64,000 nucleotides of DNA from Candidatus Parcubacteria bacterium (GCA_023444045.1 JAEZRQ010000005.1:37726-101725); one strand, 5' to 3'; shown: positions 17,821-28,028, counted from the stretch's first letter. Translations and numbers: made by a program. Notes: generated from the letters alone by a model not told the origin.

Positions 17821-19662
17821 ATGTCTAGAAACATCTTTGGCATTGCTAAAAAAATTTTTAAATATCTTTTTTTAGCTTTTTTTATATTTATACTAATTTT
17901 ATTTTTTGCTTTGATTAATAAAGCCTCAGCGGTTAAAAATTATTACCACAACGTCTTGTCCGGTAAAGAATATCTTGAGCAATCAGTTGAAAGCTTTCAG
18001 GGGCAGAAATATGCTGCCGCCAAAGAAAAAGCTGATTTAGCTAATGCTCAATTTGATTTAGCTCTCAATAATCTTGAAAATATTAGAGAAAATAAAGTTA
18101 TCAATTATTTATCGCCTCTTTCAGTCTCTGTTTCTGACTTAGAATACCTAACCCAAACTGCTCAAATTCTTAGCCGTTCTTTGTCCAGAGGAACTAGTAT
18201 TCTAATTGAATTAAGCAATCTGACTGATGGACGTTTTACCAATACTTTTTCTGATTTATCAACCGCTGATAGACAAAATATCTTATCAACTATCTACCAG
18301 TCAGCTCCAGAGATAAATGGGTTAAGGGCCAACTTGCTCTTGTCTCTTAATAATTTGGACAAAATTAACCGTATTGGTATTTTGTTACCGGTTAAGTCAC
18401 AGTTAGATAATATAAAAGGTCAATTACAAACTGCCTATAACTTACTTGAGCAACTCTCTCCACTCGCACAATTGATACCAGCTTTGTCTGGCTACCCACA
18501 AGAAAATACTTTTTTATTGGTTTTACAAAACAATGATGAACTAAGGCCGACTGGCGGTTTTATCGGTACCTACGGTTTAATGACAATGAAAGATGGTAAA
18601 CCAAGTGATATTATTACTGAAGATGTTTATCATCTTGATATGCCATGTATTGGCAAATTAAAACTAACACCACCAGGACCTATTGCCAAATACATGGGGG
18701 TAGAGTATTGGTGGCTTAGAGATGCTAATTTTTCACCAGATTTTCCAAGCTCTGCTAAACAAATAGAAGAAATGTTTTTTGCCGAGAGTGGTTGCGCTGA
18801 TAAGGTCCAGATAAAACCAACCGCAGTAATAGCTCTTAATCCAGATTTAATTGCCGATCTGATAAAACTAGTGGGACCAATTACAGTGGAAGGAGAAACG
18901 TATGACTACCACAACTTCCAAGAACTACTTCAATATAATGTTGAGGTGGCTTATGTAGATAAAAATATTAGTTCTTGGGACCGCAAAGAAGTTATTAATT
19001 CTGTTATTAAAGAGTTAGAAAAACGCCTCATGAAATTACCGACTAGGGAGCTGGGCTCTTTATTAAAAATAATTCAAGAAAATATTGCTAAGCGAAACTT
19101 GCAGCTTTATTTTAGTGATTCAAAATACCAAAGCATTGCTAAAGATTTGAATATCACCGGTGAAATAAAAAAAGTTGATAGTGATTACTTAATGGTGGTT
19201 GACTCTAATTTAGCTGCTTTTAAAAGCGATGCGGTAGTACAAAAAAATATTTCTTACGAAATAAGTAGACAAAATCCCTTACTGGCTAAAGTAAAATTAA
19301 ATTACCGTCATGAAGGCGGCTTTGATTGGCGTACCACTAGATATCGCAGCTACACTAGAATATATACTCCTTTAGGCAGTCAACTAGTTAGCAAAGATGA
19401 ACTGGAAGACTTTTCTGTTTATGATGACAAAGATCTTCAAAAAACTGTTTTTGCTTTTTTCTGGAGCATTGAGCCGGGGACAGAAGAGACTATTTCTTTA
19501 ACTTATTCTTTACCGGAAAAAATTAACCAAGGCAACTATAGACTATATTTTCAAAAACAATCTGGCAGCCGTTTAAATAATTTTAAATTTACCAAAAATA
19601 TTAATGGCGAGGAAGAGCTGCTCTGGCAAACATCACTGGATAGAGATAAATTATTCCAATAA
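17821..19662 (+). CDS. DUF4012-family membrane-anchored protein
   Basis: 613 aa. N-terminal TM. LLVLQNNDELRPTGGFIGTYG matches the hallmark DUF4012 motif as I remember it. 3-nt gap from the preceding gene. Confidence 0.75.
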   Translation: MSRNIFGIAKKIFKYLFLAFFIFILILFFALINKASAVKNYYHNVLSGKEYLEQSVESFQGQKYAAAKEKADLANAQFDLALNNLENIRENKVINYLSPLSVSVSDLEYLTQTAQILSRSLSRGTSILIELSNLTDGRFTNTFSDLSTADRQNILSTIYQSAPEINGLRANLLLSLNNLDKINRIGILLPVKSQLDNIKGQLQTAYNLLEQLSPLAQLIPALSGYPQENTFLLVLQNNDELRPTGGFIGTYGLMTMKDGKPSDIITEDVYHLDMPCIGKLKLTPPGPIAKYMGVEYWWLRDANFSPDFPSSAKQIEEMFFAESGCADKVQIKPTAVIALNPDLIADLIKLVGPITVEGETYDYHNFQELLQYNVEVAYVDKNISSWDRKEVINSVIKELEKRLMKLPTRELGSLLKIIQENIAKRNLQLYFSDSKYQSIAKDLNITGEIKKVDSDYLMVVDSNLAAFKSDAVVQKNISYEISRQNPLLAKVKLNYRHEGGFDWRTTRYRSYTRIYTPLGSQLVSKDELEDFSVYDDKDLQKTVFAFFWSIEPGTEETISLTYSLPEKINQGNYRLYFQKQSGSRLNNFKFTKNINGEEELLWQTSLDRDKLFQ

Positions 19663-19692
19663 AAAAATCCCGCAAGTAGCGGGATTTTTTTT
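19661..19692. terminator. Bidirectional terminator between convergent genes
   Basis: AAAAAAATCCCGCAAGTAGCGGGATTTTTTTT. Confidence 0.85.
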
Positions 19693-19698
19693 ATTTCA

Positions 19699-20997
19699 TT
19701 ATTTCTTTTGAACATTGAAGGTTATACTGTAGGTTAGTCCGGAAGAAAGGCCATCAACTTTAGCATCAATTATTTCGCGCCCACTTTCTGGAACTATTAA
19801 TGATTTACTAAATCTTCCTTGACTATTGGCGGTGATCTTAGTAATTTGTCCACCAAAATTTATTTTAATTTCTTCATTGGGTAAATAACCAGCACCTGAT
19901 AGATTTACTGTAGCGCCAGGAGTACCTTTATAGTAATCAAATGATAAGGCTAGTTTCTCCTTTGGTTCTGGTTTTAGGGTTTCTGAAATAGCGCCAATAG
20001 AAGCTATTTTATCTAAAGAAGAGTTTAACACTGAAATAGTGCCGCCATTAAAGACAACTAAACGATCTTGACCAATCATGTCTACATACTTTAAACCCAT
20101 CGCAAAACCATTAGCACCAACACTGCGAGCAGAGATCTTTAAACCATTTCTAAAATTGGCTTTAGAAAGTTTCATGATGCTATCACCATTTACCACGTAA
20201 ACATAAGAATAATCTCCAGCTGGTTCAACCGCATAACCATTTACCGAGCTGTTTGGATAGCTGACTAATAATTTACCGTTTAAATCAAAACTTTTTAAAT
20301 AATAGTCGTCAAAAACAAAAATTTGTTTAGCGATTGGATCAAAATAAGTTTTTCTTTGAGTTTTACTATTTTTATAATTAACCGGGAAAGAAGCAATTGT
20401 TTCTCTGGTTTTGGTATCAAAAATTCTTAAAAGATTATCCTGATTAATAGTAGTAATGTATCTGCCTGAGGCATCAAATCTAACGGCACTAGCAACATTA
20501 TTTTCTACTTTAAAAGAGTCAACCACATCAAGAGTATTGTTATCAATCTTCCAAAGTCTAATATTCTTATCACTAACGGTAACAATATATGAACCAAATT
20601 TATCAACTCTTTGGTACCACTCATAATAAGTGTTCTTCTGCTTAGCAAAAAGGACTGGCTTAGAAACGTCACTTAAATCATACTTATATAAAGTATAAGC
20701 TGAAGTGGCATAAGCAAATAAACGACCACTTTCAACATTTAATTTAACTGAAGAAAATTCATCAGTTTTATCTAGCGGGGAATTAGGGGCTTTAAATTTT
20801 TGGACCCTTTCTAAAAAGTTACCATTTAATTTAAAGACTTCCAAAGAACCACTATCAGTAGAAGCAATAATTAAATTGCCTTGGTAGTTAACCGCATCAC
20901 CGGAATAATAAGCTTTGTAATCAGTCTTACCAATAGAGGCAAGACCAAAAATAGCTAAGACGCCGACAAATAATGAAATAATAATTTTCTTTTTCAT
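19699..20997 (-). CDS. Exported hypothetical protein, beta-propeller-like with C-terminal Ig-like region
   Basis: 432 aa. Signal/TM MKKKIIISLFVGVLAIFGLASIG. Repetitive beta-rich sequence. A perfect promoter lies upstream. Confidence 0.7.
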   Translation of the reverse strand: MKKKIIISLFVGVLAIFGLASIGKTDYKAYYSGDAVNYQGNLIIASTDSGSLEVFKLNGNFLERVQKFKAPNSPLDKTDEFSSVKLNVESGRLFAYATSAYTLYKYDLSDVSKPVLFAKQKNTYYEWYQRVDKFGSYIVTVSDKNIRLWKIDNNTLDVVDSFKVENNVASAVRFDASGRYITTINQDNLLRIFDTKTRETIASFPVNYKNSKTQRKTYFDPIAKQIFVFDDYYLKSFDLNGKLLVSYPNSSVNGYAVEPAGDYSYVYVVNGDSIMKLSKANFRNGLKISARSVGANGFAMGLKYVDMIGQDRLVVFNGGTISVLNSSLDKIASIGAISETLKPEPKEKLALSFDYYKGTPGATVNLSGAGYLPNEEIKINFGGQITKITANSQGRFSKSLIVPESGREIIDAKVDGLSSGLTYSITFNVQKK

Positions 20998-21023
20998 ATT
21001 TTTTATTTTTTAGTTTACCCCAT

Positions 21024-21052
21024 ATTATACATCTTTTGCCTAAAAATGTCAA
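21024..21052 (-). promoter_or_regulatory. Consensus sigma70 promoter of 19699..20997
   Basis: Minus strand reads TTGACA (21052-21047), a 17-nt spacer, then TATAAT (21029-21024). Confidence 0.7.
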
Positions 21053-21094
21053 TAGACATATAAAATATTATTAAATTTTAGCCATTTTATAGCA

Positions 21095-21123
21095 TTGACA
21101 AAAATATAGATATGTATTAAAAT
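21095..21123 (+). promoter_or_regulatory. Promoter of 21170..22201
   Basis: TTGACA (21095-21100), a 17-nt spacer, then TAAAAT (21118-21123). Confidence 0.65.
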
Positions 21124-21169
21124 TTAAGAACAATTAATCCGTAAATTAACAACCAAAAATACACCAATA

Positions 21170-22201
21170 ATGAAAAAAACAATCTTTTTGGCGCTTTTTA
21201 TGAGCCTCTACGTACTGGCTCAGAGCCAGAAGACTTATGTCATGCATTACCTGCCAATCCTCACTGGGGAACAGGTCCAGGCCTATCAGGGTTATGATAT
21301 GATCATAGTCGATCATGAAGTCATCAATACTTCAGCGGCTAATCTAAGGCAAATGAGGCAAAATAACCCCCAACTGCTTATCCTTGTCTATTCCGAGAAA
21401 ATGCAATGGCACTGGCCAATGTATCCGGATAAGCCCTGGAGCATAGAGATAGTGGGGGGGTTAAAGAAATACCCAAAGTGGTTCTTAAAAGACACAAACA
21501 GAAAACACTTAACCTTCTGGCCTGGAACTATAATGATGAACTGTCGCCTCGACGCACCGCGCTATCAAATTGATGGAAAAAGTTATAGTTATATTGAGTT
21601 TTTTACCGAAAGGTATATCAACGATATAATAATAACTTATGAAAGAGAGGGAATTAAATTAGACGGCATCTTAGACGATGACCTCTTTAAAGAGATTTCT
21701 TTTCTGGGGGAGATTGATAGCAATCAAGATGGTATTGCTGATGAAAAAGCTGAGCTTAATCGGCAATGGCGCCTAGGTAATGCTTACTTTCTTGAGAAGG
21801 TGCGAGAAAAGATGGGTAAAGATTTTCTCATCATCGGCAATGGTGGTCACCGCTATTATCTTGATTGGTGTAACGGTAAACAAATGGAGCACTTTCCTGA
21901 AGTTTATATTGGTAGTTGGTTAGATAATATGAACAACGCCAGTATTATGGAAATAGCTCTCTTTAATGCCCGGGCCGGAGAAGATAATAATTGGTTCTTC
22001 ACCATTTGTTCTTCAATGCTGCTGGACAATACTTGGTTTTCATTTGGACAGAATACTCCTTATGAAAAAAAGTATAATTTAAAGATGGGAAATTCAAAAG
22101 GCGCTTTTTTTCAAAATAGCGACGGTACTTTTTCAAGAATTTTTGAAAACGGGAAAATTACTGTTGACTATCAAGCTGAAAGAGCCTGGATCAATAAATA
22201 A
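21170..22201 (+). CDS. Exported TIM-barrel glycoside-hydrolase-like protein (GH114/TM1410-like, tentative); paralog of 39499..41187
   Basis: 343 aa. Signal MKKTIFLALFMSLYVLAQSQ. Aligns by eye with 39499..41187: YDMIIVDHE / WDLLVLDME, NPQLLILVYS / NPDVKIIAYI, WFLKD..FWPG / WWLRD..DWPS, NGKQMEHFP / NGWMLEDFP. Confidence 0.6.
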   Translation: MKKTIFLALFMSLYVLAQSQKTYVMHYLPILTGEQVQAYQGYDMIIVDHEVINTSAANLRQMRQNNPQLLILVYSEKMQWHWPMYPDKPWSIEIVGGLKKYPKWFLKDTNRKHLTFWPGTIMMNCRLDAPRYQIDGKSYSYIEFFTERYINDIIITYEREGIKLDGILDDDLFKEISFLGEIDSNQDGIADEKAELNRQWRLGNAYFLEKVREKMGKDFLIIGNGGHRYYLDWCNGKQMEHFPEVYIGSWLDNMNNASIMEIALFNARAGEDNNWFFTICSSMLLDNTWFSFGQNTPYEKKYNLKMGNSKGAFFQNSDGTFSRIFENGKITVDYQAERAWINK

Positions 22202-22209
22202 ATTAAAGG

Positions 22210-22240
22210 GCTATCCTAGTAATTAGGATAGCTTTTTTTT
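22210..22240 (+). terminator. Intrinsic terminator of 21170..22201 (overlaps the 3' end of the convergent gene)
   Basis: GCTATCCTA-GTAAT-TAGGATAGC followed by TTTTTTTT (22233-22240). Confidence 0.75.
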
Positions 22241-23596
22241 ATTTCCTAGTTTAATGATGGCTAATAAGCCTCCAGACAATACCCAGAACCCCCACTGCAT
22301 AACAGCATCTTTTAAAACGTTATCCGTTAAACTAGCGCCGCCCATGCTAATAGTAAATAGAATTAAGAAGAAAAACAGTATTTTAAGACGAGGGCGTTTT
22401 TCTGTTTTAAATCCCTGATACATCCTTTTAAGATAATCTATAAAAATCCAGAAATAAGAGAGCAGAGCAAAAATACCAGACTCCAGCCAAATTTTTAAAT
22501 AATCATTATGCGGTTCTGTTTCTACCAACAAACGAGGAACATTTTTCTTTAAGAAGACTGAGGCTGTTCCTGGACCATAACCAAACCAAGGATTATCCTT
22601 AATATAACCAACAATATCTTTCCATAAATTAATACGCCAGGAAGAAGAATCGGAGGCAGTAATTCCTGCTAAGGTAGAAATACGATCTTGAAAAAAGGGG
22701 GCAAATAAATAGAGTAAAAAGAATGCAATCACAGAAATTAAAAGCAATTTTCTAAAACGGTAAACACCAACAAAAAATAAAATAAACGCCAATGAAAGCC
22801 AGGCAATTCTAGTATAGGTAAAAAGTAAGGGGACAATAAAAAATATTACAAGAAGCGCATAAGGAATTCTTTCAATCGCTTTCTTTCTTAAATTAAGGGC
22901 CACAAAAATAGTTAAACAGATTACTAAAACTAAATAGATAGCTAGCATGTTAGGATGGGTAAATGTCCCTAACAAGCGCCACCTCTCGCCATCATAAAAA
23001 CCACCCCGATTAATTAACTGGATCCAAGCTGCTAAAGCAGGAATAAGAGCTGAAAAAATAATCACTCTCGCTAAGTTAGTTATTTTTTTAGTGCTATTAA
23101 AAATTAAAAAACCAAATACGAAAGCCGAGAAAAAACTGAGTAATCTAAAAAAATTGACTAAACTAGAAGATTTATCAAAAGAAAAAAGAGACAACAAAGC
23201 GGTGATCAATAAGAACAATAACCAGGGCCAAAAAGTTTTCTCCTGGAAAAAATTAAATTTTCTTTTAATAAGTTGGATAGCCGCCAAAGCAATTAGAATA
23301 ACACCCATTAAAAAGGTAAAGCTAACTGGGATAGAAAAGATAGAAAATAGAGCAATGTCACTACCGGCATAATCAAAGGCCGTTCTAAAAGTTAACAAGG
23401 TAAAAAAACCGAAAATAGGATAAAACAGAGCCAATAAAAAAATAGCGATTGAGGCAAGTAGCAAAAAAAGACTAAATAAATCGCCTGACCAAAATAAAGA
23501 TAAAAAAATAGCTAGGACGGAGTAAAGTCCTAGGACTACAAAGGCCCATTTTGGTTTAGTTAGTGAAGCCTCTCTTTCTTTATTTATTTCTGCCAT
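22223..23596 (-). CDS. O-antigen ligase-like (Wzy_C) polytopic membrane protein
   Basis: 457 aa with about 10 or more hydrophobic segments. GTFTHPNMLAIYL and EPHNDYLKIWLESGI resemble O-antigen ligase family motifs. Confidence 0.75.
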   Translation of the reverse strand: MAEINKEREASLTKPKWAFVVLGLYSVLAIFLSLFWSGDLFSLFLLLASIAIFLLALFYPIFGFFTLLTFRTAFDYAGSDIALFSIFSIPVSFTFLMGVILIALAAIQLIKRKFNFFQEKTFWPWLLFLLITALLSLFSFDKSSSLVNFFRLLSFFSAFVFGFLIFNSTKKITNLARVIIFSALIPALAAWIQLINRGGFYDGERWRLLGTFTHPNMLAIYLVLVICLTIFVALNLRKKAIERIPYALLVIFFIVPLLFTYTRIAWLSLAFILFFVGVYRFRKLLLISVIAFFLLYLFAPFFQDRISTLAGITASDSSSWRINLWKDIVGYIKDNPWFGYGPGTASVFLKKNVPRLLVETEPHNDYLKIWLESGIFALLSYFWIFIDYLKRMYQGFKTEKRPRLKILFFFLILFTISMGGASLTDNVLKDAVMQWGFWVLSGGLLAIIKLGNKKKLS

Positions 23597-23647
23597 AATG
23601 TTATTCTTTATATATCAATATTAAGTAAAAATAAGCCTAAAGTCAAA

Positions 23648-24850
23648 ATGAAAATCTTGCAGGTCAATAAATTCCTCTATCCTAAAGGCGGCGCGGATAA
23701 GTACTGCCTGATGCTAATTAATGAGCTTGGTAAAAAACATGAGGTCTCAGCTTTTGGAATGAGTGATGAAAAGAATATAATTTCTGTCAACCAAGAATAC
23801 TTTTCGGAGAATCTTAATTACCACCAAAAAGGTAATTCTTTTAAAAAAGCGGCCCGTTTAATCTGGAATAGAGAAGCAGCGCAAAAATTTGCTAAGTTAC
23901 TAGATAAGGTAAAACCGGACATCATCCATGCTCATAATATTTACCACCAACTATCACCATCTATCTTAAAAGAAGCCAGAAAAAGAAATATTCCCGTGGT
24001 CATGACTCTGCACGACTATAAATTAATTTGTCCAAACTATTTACTATTTTGTAAAGGAAGGCACTGCCAAAAATGTCTTAAGGGTAACTACTTTCATTGT
24101 TTATTTAATAACTGTTACGGATCTTTTTTTAGAAGCGCTTTAGCAACCACTGAAAGTATTATTCACAATAAAATTCTAAAATCTTACCAAAAAGGAGTTA
24201 AGCTTTTTGTTGCTCCTAGCCAGTATTTAAAAAATCTAATGCTTAAAGCTGGTTTTAAGGAAGACCAAATAATTGTCTTAAATAACCCAGCGCCAGAAAC
24301 CGAAAATAGCCCCAACGGAAATCGTCTACTTTATTTGGGGCGCCTATCCAAAGAGAAGGGGGTCGATTTACTCCTAAAATCTTTAAAAGATACTAACGAA
24401 TCTTTAGATGTCGTTGGTGACGGTCCAATGGAAGAGGAGCTCAAAAAATTAACAAAAAAATTAAACTTAGAGGATAGAGTTACTTTTTATGGACACTTAG
24501 ACGGCGAGGCACTGCTTAAAATAAAAAGGGAAGCAAAAGCAGTTATTGTGCCTTCTCTTTGGGCAGAGAACATGTCTTTGGTTATTTTAGAATCTCTAGC
24601 GCTATCTAAAATAGTGATTGCTAGTGCGATGGGTGGTAACCCTGAATTAATTGAGCATGAAAAAACTGGCTTTCTCTTCCTGCCTAATAATGAATTTGAC
24701 CTGGCTGAAAAAATAAATAAACTAAACTTCTTAACCAACATCGAAAAAGAAAATATTAAGGCCAATATTCAAGAAAAGATTAAATTGCTAAGCCTGAGTA
24801 AGCACCTTGACTCCCTGGAAGATATTTACCAACAAATCATAAAACAATAA
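23648..24850 (+). CDS. Glycosyltransferase family 4 (GT-B)
   Basis: 400 aa. N-terminal MKILQVNKF..GGADKY. C-terminal EKGVDLL...VPSLWAENMSLVILESLA...GGNPELIE..TGFL (E-x7-E region). Confidence 0.85.
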   Translation: MKILQVNKFLYPKGGADKYCLMLINELGKKHEVSAFGMSDEKNIISVNQEYFSENLNYHQKGNSFKKAARLIWNREAAQKFAKLLDKVKPDIIHAHNIYHQLSPSILKEARKRNIPVVMTLHDYKLICPNYLLFCKGRHCQKCLKGNYFHCLFNNCYGSFFRSALATTESIIHNKILKSYQKGVKLFVAPSQYLKNLMLKAGFKEDQIIVLNNPAPETENSPNGNRLLYLGRLSKEKGVDLLLKSLKDTNESLDVVGDGPMEEELKKLTKKLNLEDRVTFYGHLDGEALLKIKREAKAVIVPSLWAENMSLVILESLALSKIVIASAMGGNPELIEHEKTGFLFLPNNEFDLAEKINKLNFLTNIEKENIKANIQEKIKLLSLSKHLDSLEDIYQQIIKQ

Positions 24851-24851
24851 A

Positions 24852-24875
24852 ATCGCTATTATTAGCGGTTTTTTG
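24852..24875 (+). terminator. Intrinsic terminator after the GT4 gene
   Basis: CGCTA-TTAT-TAGCG stem followed by a T-run. Confidence 0.6.
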
Positions 24876-24895
24876 TTAATATCTACGCCCAGATA

Positions 24896-24975
24896 TTGAC
24901 ATTTTTTAAAATATATATTAAAATAGTAAGCGTGACTAAAATATTATTGACAAATTGCCTTATATATTTTATAGT
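24896..24975 (+). promoter_or_regulatory. Two tandem sigma70-type promoters upstream of the Wzz-like gene
   Basis: TTGACA (24896-24901)-17-TAAAAT (24919-24924), and TTGACA (24947-24952)-17-TATAGT (24970-24975). Confidence 0.6.
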
Positions 24976-24995
24976 TATTTGTTGACTAAAAAACT

Positions 24996-25859
24996 ATGGA
25001 TACTAAAGATTTTCTAAAAATACTAAAGGACAGAAAGACCACGGTAATCAGTGTTACCCTTATTTTTGTTATTATCGGTCTTAGTTTGACTCTCCTACAA
25101 CCGCTAAAATACCGTTCTAAGTCTCGTCTTTTGATTCTACAGCCAAATACTAGCGTGGACGCTTATACAATTGCCAGATCTAATGAGTATGTTGGCGGCT
25201 TAATTTCTGAAGTTATTTATTCCGGCGCTTTTTTAGAATCACTCAAGAATTCTGACTTAAATTATGACCGTTCATATTTTAACGGTACTTATAAGCAAAA
25301 TATTAAAAAATGGAAGAAAACTGTTTTTGCTCGCAGCGGCGGTGACACCGGAATTATTGATATTGAAATTTATCATACCAATCCAGAAGAAGCGAAAAAG
25401 ATTTCTTTAGCCGTCAATCAGTTAATTATTTCTGGTAATAGTCCTTATAAGTTTGATGCTAAACAAAGCAGTATTAATATTATTGATCAACCAGTTGTTT
25501 CATCTTTTCCAGTTAAACCAAGTATTCCAGCTAACTTTTTAATCAGCTTACTGTTTGGCTTTTTAGCCGGTTGTTCTTATGTTTATCTTTTTCCAAAAGA
25601 AAGAGTATCCGAGAAGTTAATTAAAGAAATCTTTGGCGAGGAAAAAATAAAAGTTAACCCAGAAAGCAATTCTTTAAGAGTTGCTCCTGATGTATTAGTT
25701 AACGCTTATAATCACAACGTTACTCCAGATAATCTACCATTTTTAAACCAAGATTCAGCAGCAGAAAATACTTATCAAGCAACACCTGAAGAAACTCTAG
25801 GTCAAAGAAAGGTTTCTTACAGCTTCAGGGGTAATATCAATAATGTCTTAGGGGAGTAA
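24996..25859 (+). CDS. Wzz-like polysaccharide chain-length determinant protein (no kinase domain)
   Basis: 287 aa. N-terminal FLKILKDRKTTVISVTLIFVIIGLSLTLLQPLKYRSKSRLLI plus a second TM near residue 180, giving Wzz topology. Confidence 0.65.
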   Translation: MDTKDFLKILKDRKTTVISVTLIFVIIGLSLTLLQPLKYRSKSRLLILQPNTSVDAYTIARSNEYVGGLISEVIYSGAFLESLKNSDLNYDRSYFNGTYKQNIKKWKKTVFARSGGDTGIIDIEIYHTNPEEAKKISLAVNQLIISGNSPYKFDAKQSSINIIDQPVVSSFPVKPSIPANFLISLLFGFLAGCSYVYLFPKERVSEKLIKEIFGEEKIKVNPESNSLRVAPDVLVNAYNHNVTPDNLPFLNQDSAAENTYQATPEETLGQRKVSYSFRGNINNVLGE

Positions 25860-25945
25860 TTGCTCGCCTCAAGATTTTAGTAGCTAAATAATTTTAGCTC
25901 CTGAAATCTTTAACTAGTAAATTAACAACTCAAAATAACAGCAAC

Positions 25946-26998
25946 ATGAAAAAAATGATGTTTTTTTGGTTAAGTCTGATCATGATTGGATTAACCGCCT
26001 GCGTAGATTACCCCGAATTTGACTTCAAGGACATTGAAGAAGAAATAGAGGAAGAAGAAGTGATCACCACCGGCTACTTTCTAAAAGTAAATGGGAAGAA
26101 GATTGCTGACAATGACACGCTTGATGTTTTAATCAAAGAAACAACTTTGATTGAAATGTTTAACGTTAAGGGTCTAAAGGTTGAAGCGGTTTATCGCTCT
26201 AGCCATCAAACAACCCCAATTGCCACCGGAACTATTTGTGACGTCAAATACAATGACCCTGGCCTTTACAAGGTAACGGCTTCATTGATAGATGGTAGCG
26301 AATCAAGATCCGTCTGGTTAAATGTTTATAAGGAGAGTATTTATACTCTCTTAGTAGACGGCGACACCCTGCGAAATGGCGACACTTTGAAAACAGTAGT
26401 TGGAAGACAATTAAAATTTAAGGTTGTTGACGATAAGCATAAAGCGGTTAAAACTACTTATGATTTCGGCAATGGAGATAAGATCTCTAGTGCTGATAGC
26501 GTCAGTATGTCCTACGACAAGGCCGGAAACTACACCCTAAAAACCACCACTAACGGAAAAATTGTTTCTGTTCGCGTGGAGGTTATTAAAGAGTCATTTC
26601 AGTCTATTCGCCTGATTAGCTCTTCTGTTTCTGGCACAATCATAACAGCGACACTAGGAATCAAAGCTTCTATCATACCCAACTATTCTTCAACGAAGAA
26701 GACCTGGGTCACTGGAGAAATTCCTGGTACTTCATGGAAATTATATGAGGTAACGGAAAAAATCACTGTTAACAGTACAGAATATTACAAATGGAACATC
26801 ACCGTTCCAGTAGGAAAATTCCGCATCAATATAATCCAGCTGAAAGACGGAGAAGCAGAGACTGTTAATAGCTCCTTCAATTATGATGGCTGTAACTGGG
26901 GATACGACCCGGAAAGCGAATATTTGAAATTAAGTGATTATCTTTACCACTTCTATCTGCGGATTGAAGGTAGTGAAGTAAAAATCACCAAAGAATAA
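25946..26998 (+). CDS. Lipoprotein with PKD-like Ig domains, hypothetical
   Basis: 350 aa. Lipobox GLTA|C. PKD-like stretches (VKYNDPGLYKVTASL, YDFGNGDK...YDKAGNYTLKTT). Preceded by the shared 5' module. Confidence 0.7.
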   Translation: MKKMMFFWLSLIMIGLTACVDYPEFDFKDIEEEIEEEEVITTGYFLKVNGKKIADNDTLDVLIKETTLIEMFNVKGLKVEAVYRSSHQTTPIATGTICDVKYNDPGLYKVTASLIDGSESRSVWLNVYKESIYTLLVDGDTLRNGDTLKTVVGRQLKFKVVDDKHKAVKTTYDFGNGDKISSADSVSMSYDKAGNYTLKTTTNGKIVSVRVEVIKESFQSIRLISSSVSGTIITATLGIKASIIPNYSSTKKTWVTGEIPGTSWKLYEVTEKITVNSTEYYKWNITVPVGKFRINIIQLKDGEAETVNSSFNYDGCNWGYDPESEYLKLSDYLYHFYLRIEGSEVKITKE

Positions 26999-27004
26999 AA
27001 AAAC

Positions 27005-27039
27005 GCCCTCTTATTACATAAGTAGTAAGAGGGCTTTTT
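27005..27039 (+). terminator. Intrinsic terminator of 25946..26998
   Basis: GCCCTCTTATTAC-ATAA-GTAGTAAGAGGGC followed by TTTTT. Confidence 0.8.
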
Positions 27040-27060
27040 AGTTATTAAATTCTTGAAATA

Positions 27061-27085
27061 AAAAAAGAGCTTCAATTACTGAAGC
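27061..27085 (-). terminator. Intrinsic terminator of 27111..28022
   Basis: GCTTCA-ATTAC-TGAAGC with a minus-strand T-run (plus-strand A-run 27061-27066). Confidence 0.7.
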
Positions 27086-27110
27086 CCATTTTTATATAGG
27101 TAAGCGGTAG

Positions 27111-28022
27111 CTATTTTGTTACTCGCTTGTAGTTTATCTTGGTCCGGTAGTTCCAACCATGCCAGAAATTGTTATCATTTCTGGCTTTGGAAATTCCCGG
27201 CAGCGGCTGAAATATGCCACTCGGATTGTTTGGCGACCAAACACGTGAGTCACGCTGACTCATTTTGTTGAGGTCGTCATTAGTGATCATCCCGTACTCA
27301 AAACCACGAATATCATTAATTAATGGCTTTAAAGTTTCGTGAGGTAACCAAGCATCATACTTTCCGGCGCCCCAGTTAACGTCATTAATACGAGCATTCC
27401 AGGTAAAGAAACCGTTGACGATTTCTTCTTCCGAAAGGATGCGCGGATCAATATAATACCAGTAACCATCGGCATCAAGGGTCATTTTCTTAGAACCATT
27501 GAGTAACGGCGAACCAACTATTGAAGCGTAATTTTTTAAAAAATACACTAATCTCCTGTCCGGAGTGATAGTTGTCCCTAAGTCTCCAGATATGTCACCC
27601 TCGTATTCCACTCCAGATAGAGAAATCATGGTGGTGGACTTAGCTTGTGATGCTGACGCTGCTACAAAGGTATTTGTAACTGATCTTTCGGCAACATCCG
27701 GTCTGGCAGTAGTTCTTGTTCTAAGCACCTGGGGCTTTTTTTTCAAAGCTTCCAACTCATCCTTAACAGCTTGGAGCTGTTCTTCCACGGTAAGTGGACG
27801 AACCAGTCCGTTTTCACAGGTGTCGAGCTTAGCAGTAAGATAAGCCACCTGGCTTCTTTCATACTGAAGCTTAGCAAAAGACTCTTTCTGCACAACAGCC
27901 AAAGAATCTTTCCACTTCTGATTAATTTCAGAGCCAGAAAAACTATTTCCGACAAAAAACATAATGGCGCCGACAAATACTATAATCAACACCAATAATA
28001 CCCAAAACCAATTGTTTTTCAT
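27111..28022 (-). CDS. Membrane-anchored hypothetical protein (N-terminal TM, coiled coil, Trp/Asn-rich C-terminal domain)
   Basis: 303 aa. MKNNWFWVLLVLIIVFVGAIMFFVG anchor. 6-nt gap from the upstream gene. Confidence 0.7.
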   Translation of the reverse strand: MKNNWFWVLLVLIIVFVGAIMFFVGNSFSGSEINQKWKDSLAVVQKESFAKLQYERSQVAYLTAKLDTCENGLVRPLTVEEQLQAVKDELEALKKKPQVLRTRTTARPDVAERSVTNTFVAASASQAKSTTMISLSGVEYEGDISGDLGTTITPDRRLVYFLKNYASIVGSPLLNGSKKMTLDADGYWYYIDPRILSEEEIVNGFFTWNARINDVNWGAGKYDAWLPHETLKPLINDIRGFEYGMITNDDLNKMSQRDSRVWSPNNPSGIFQPLPGISKARNDNNFWHGWNYRTKINYKRVTK

Positions 28023-28028
28023 TTTCTT

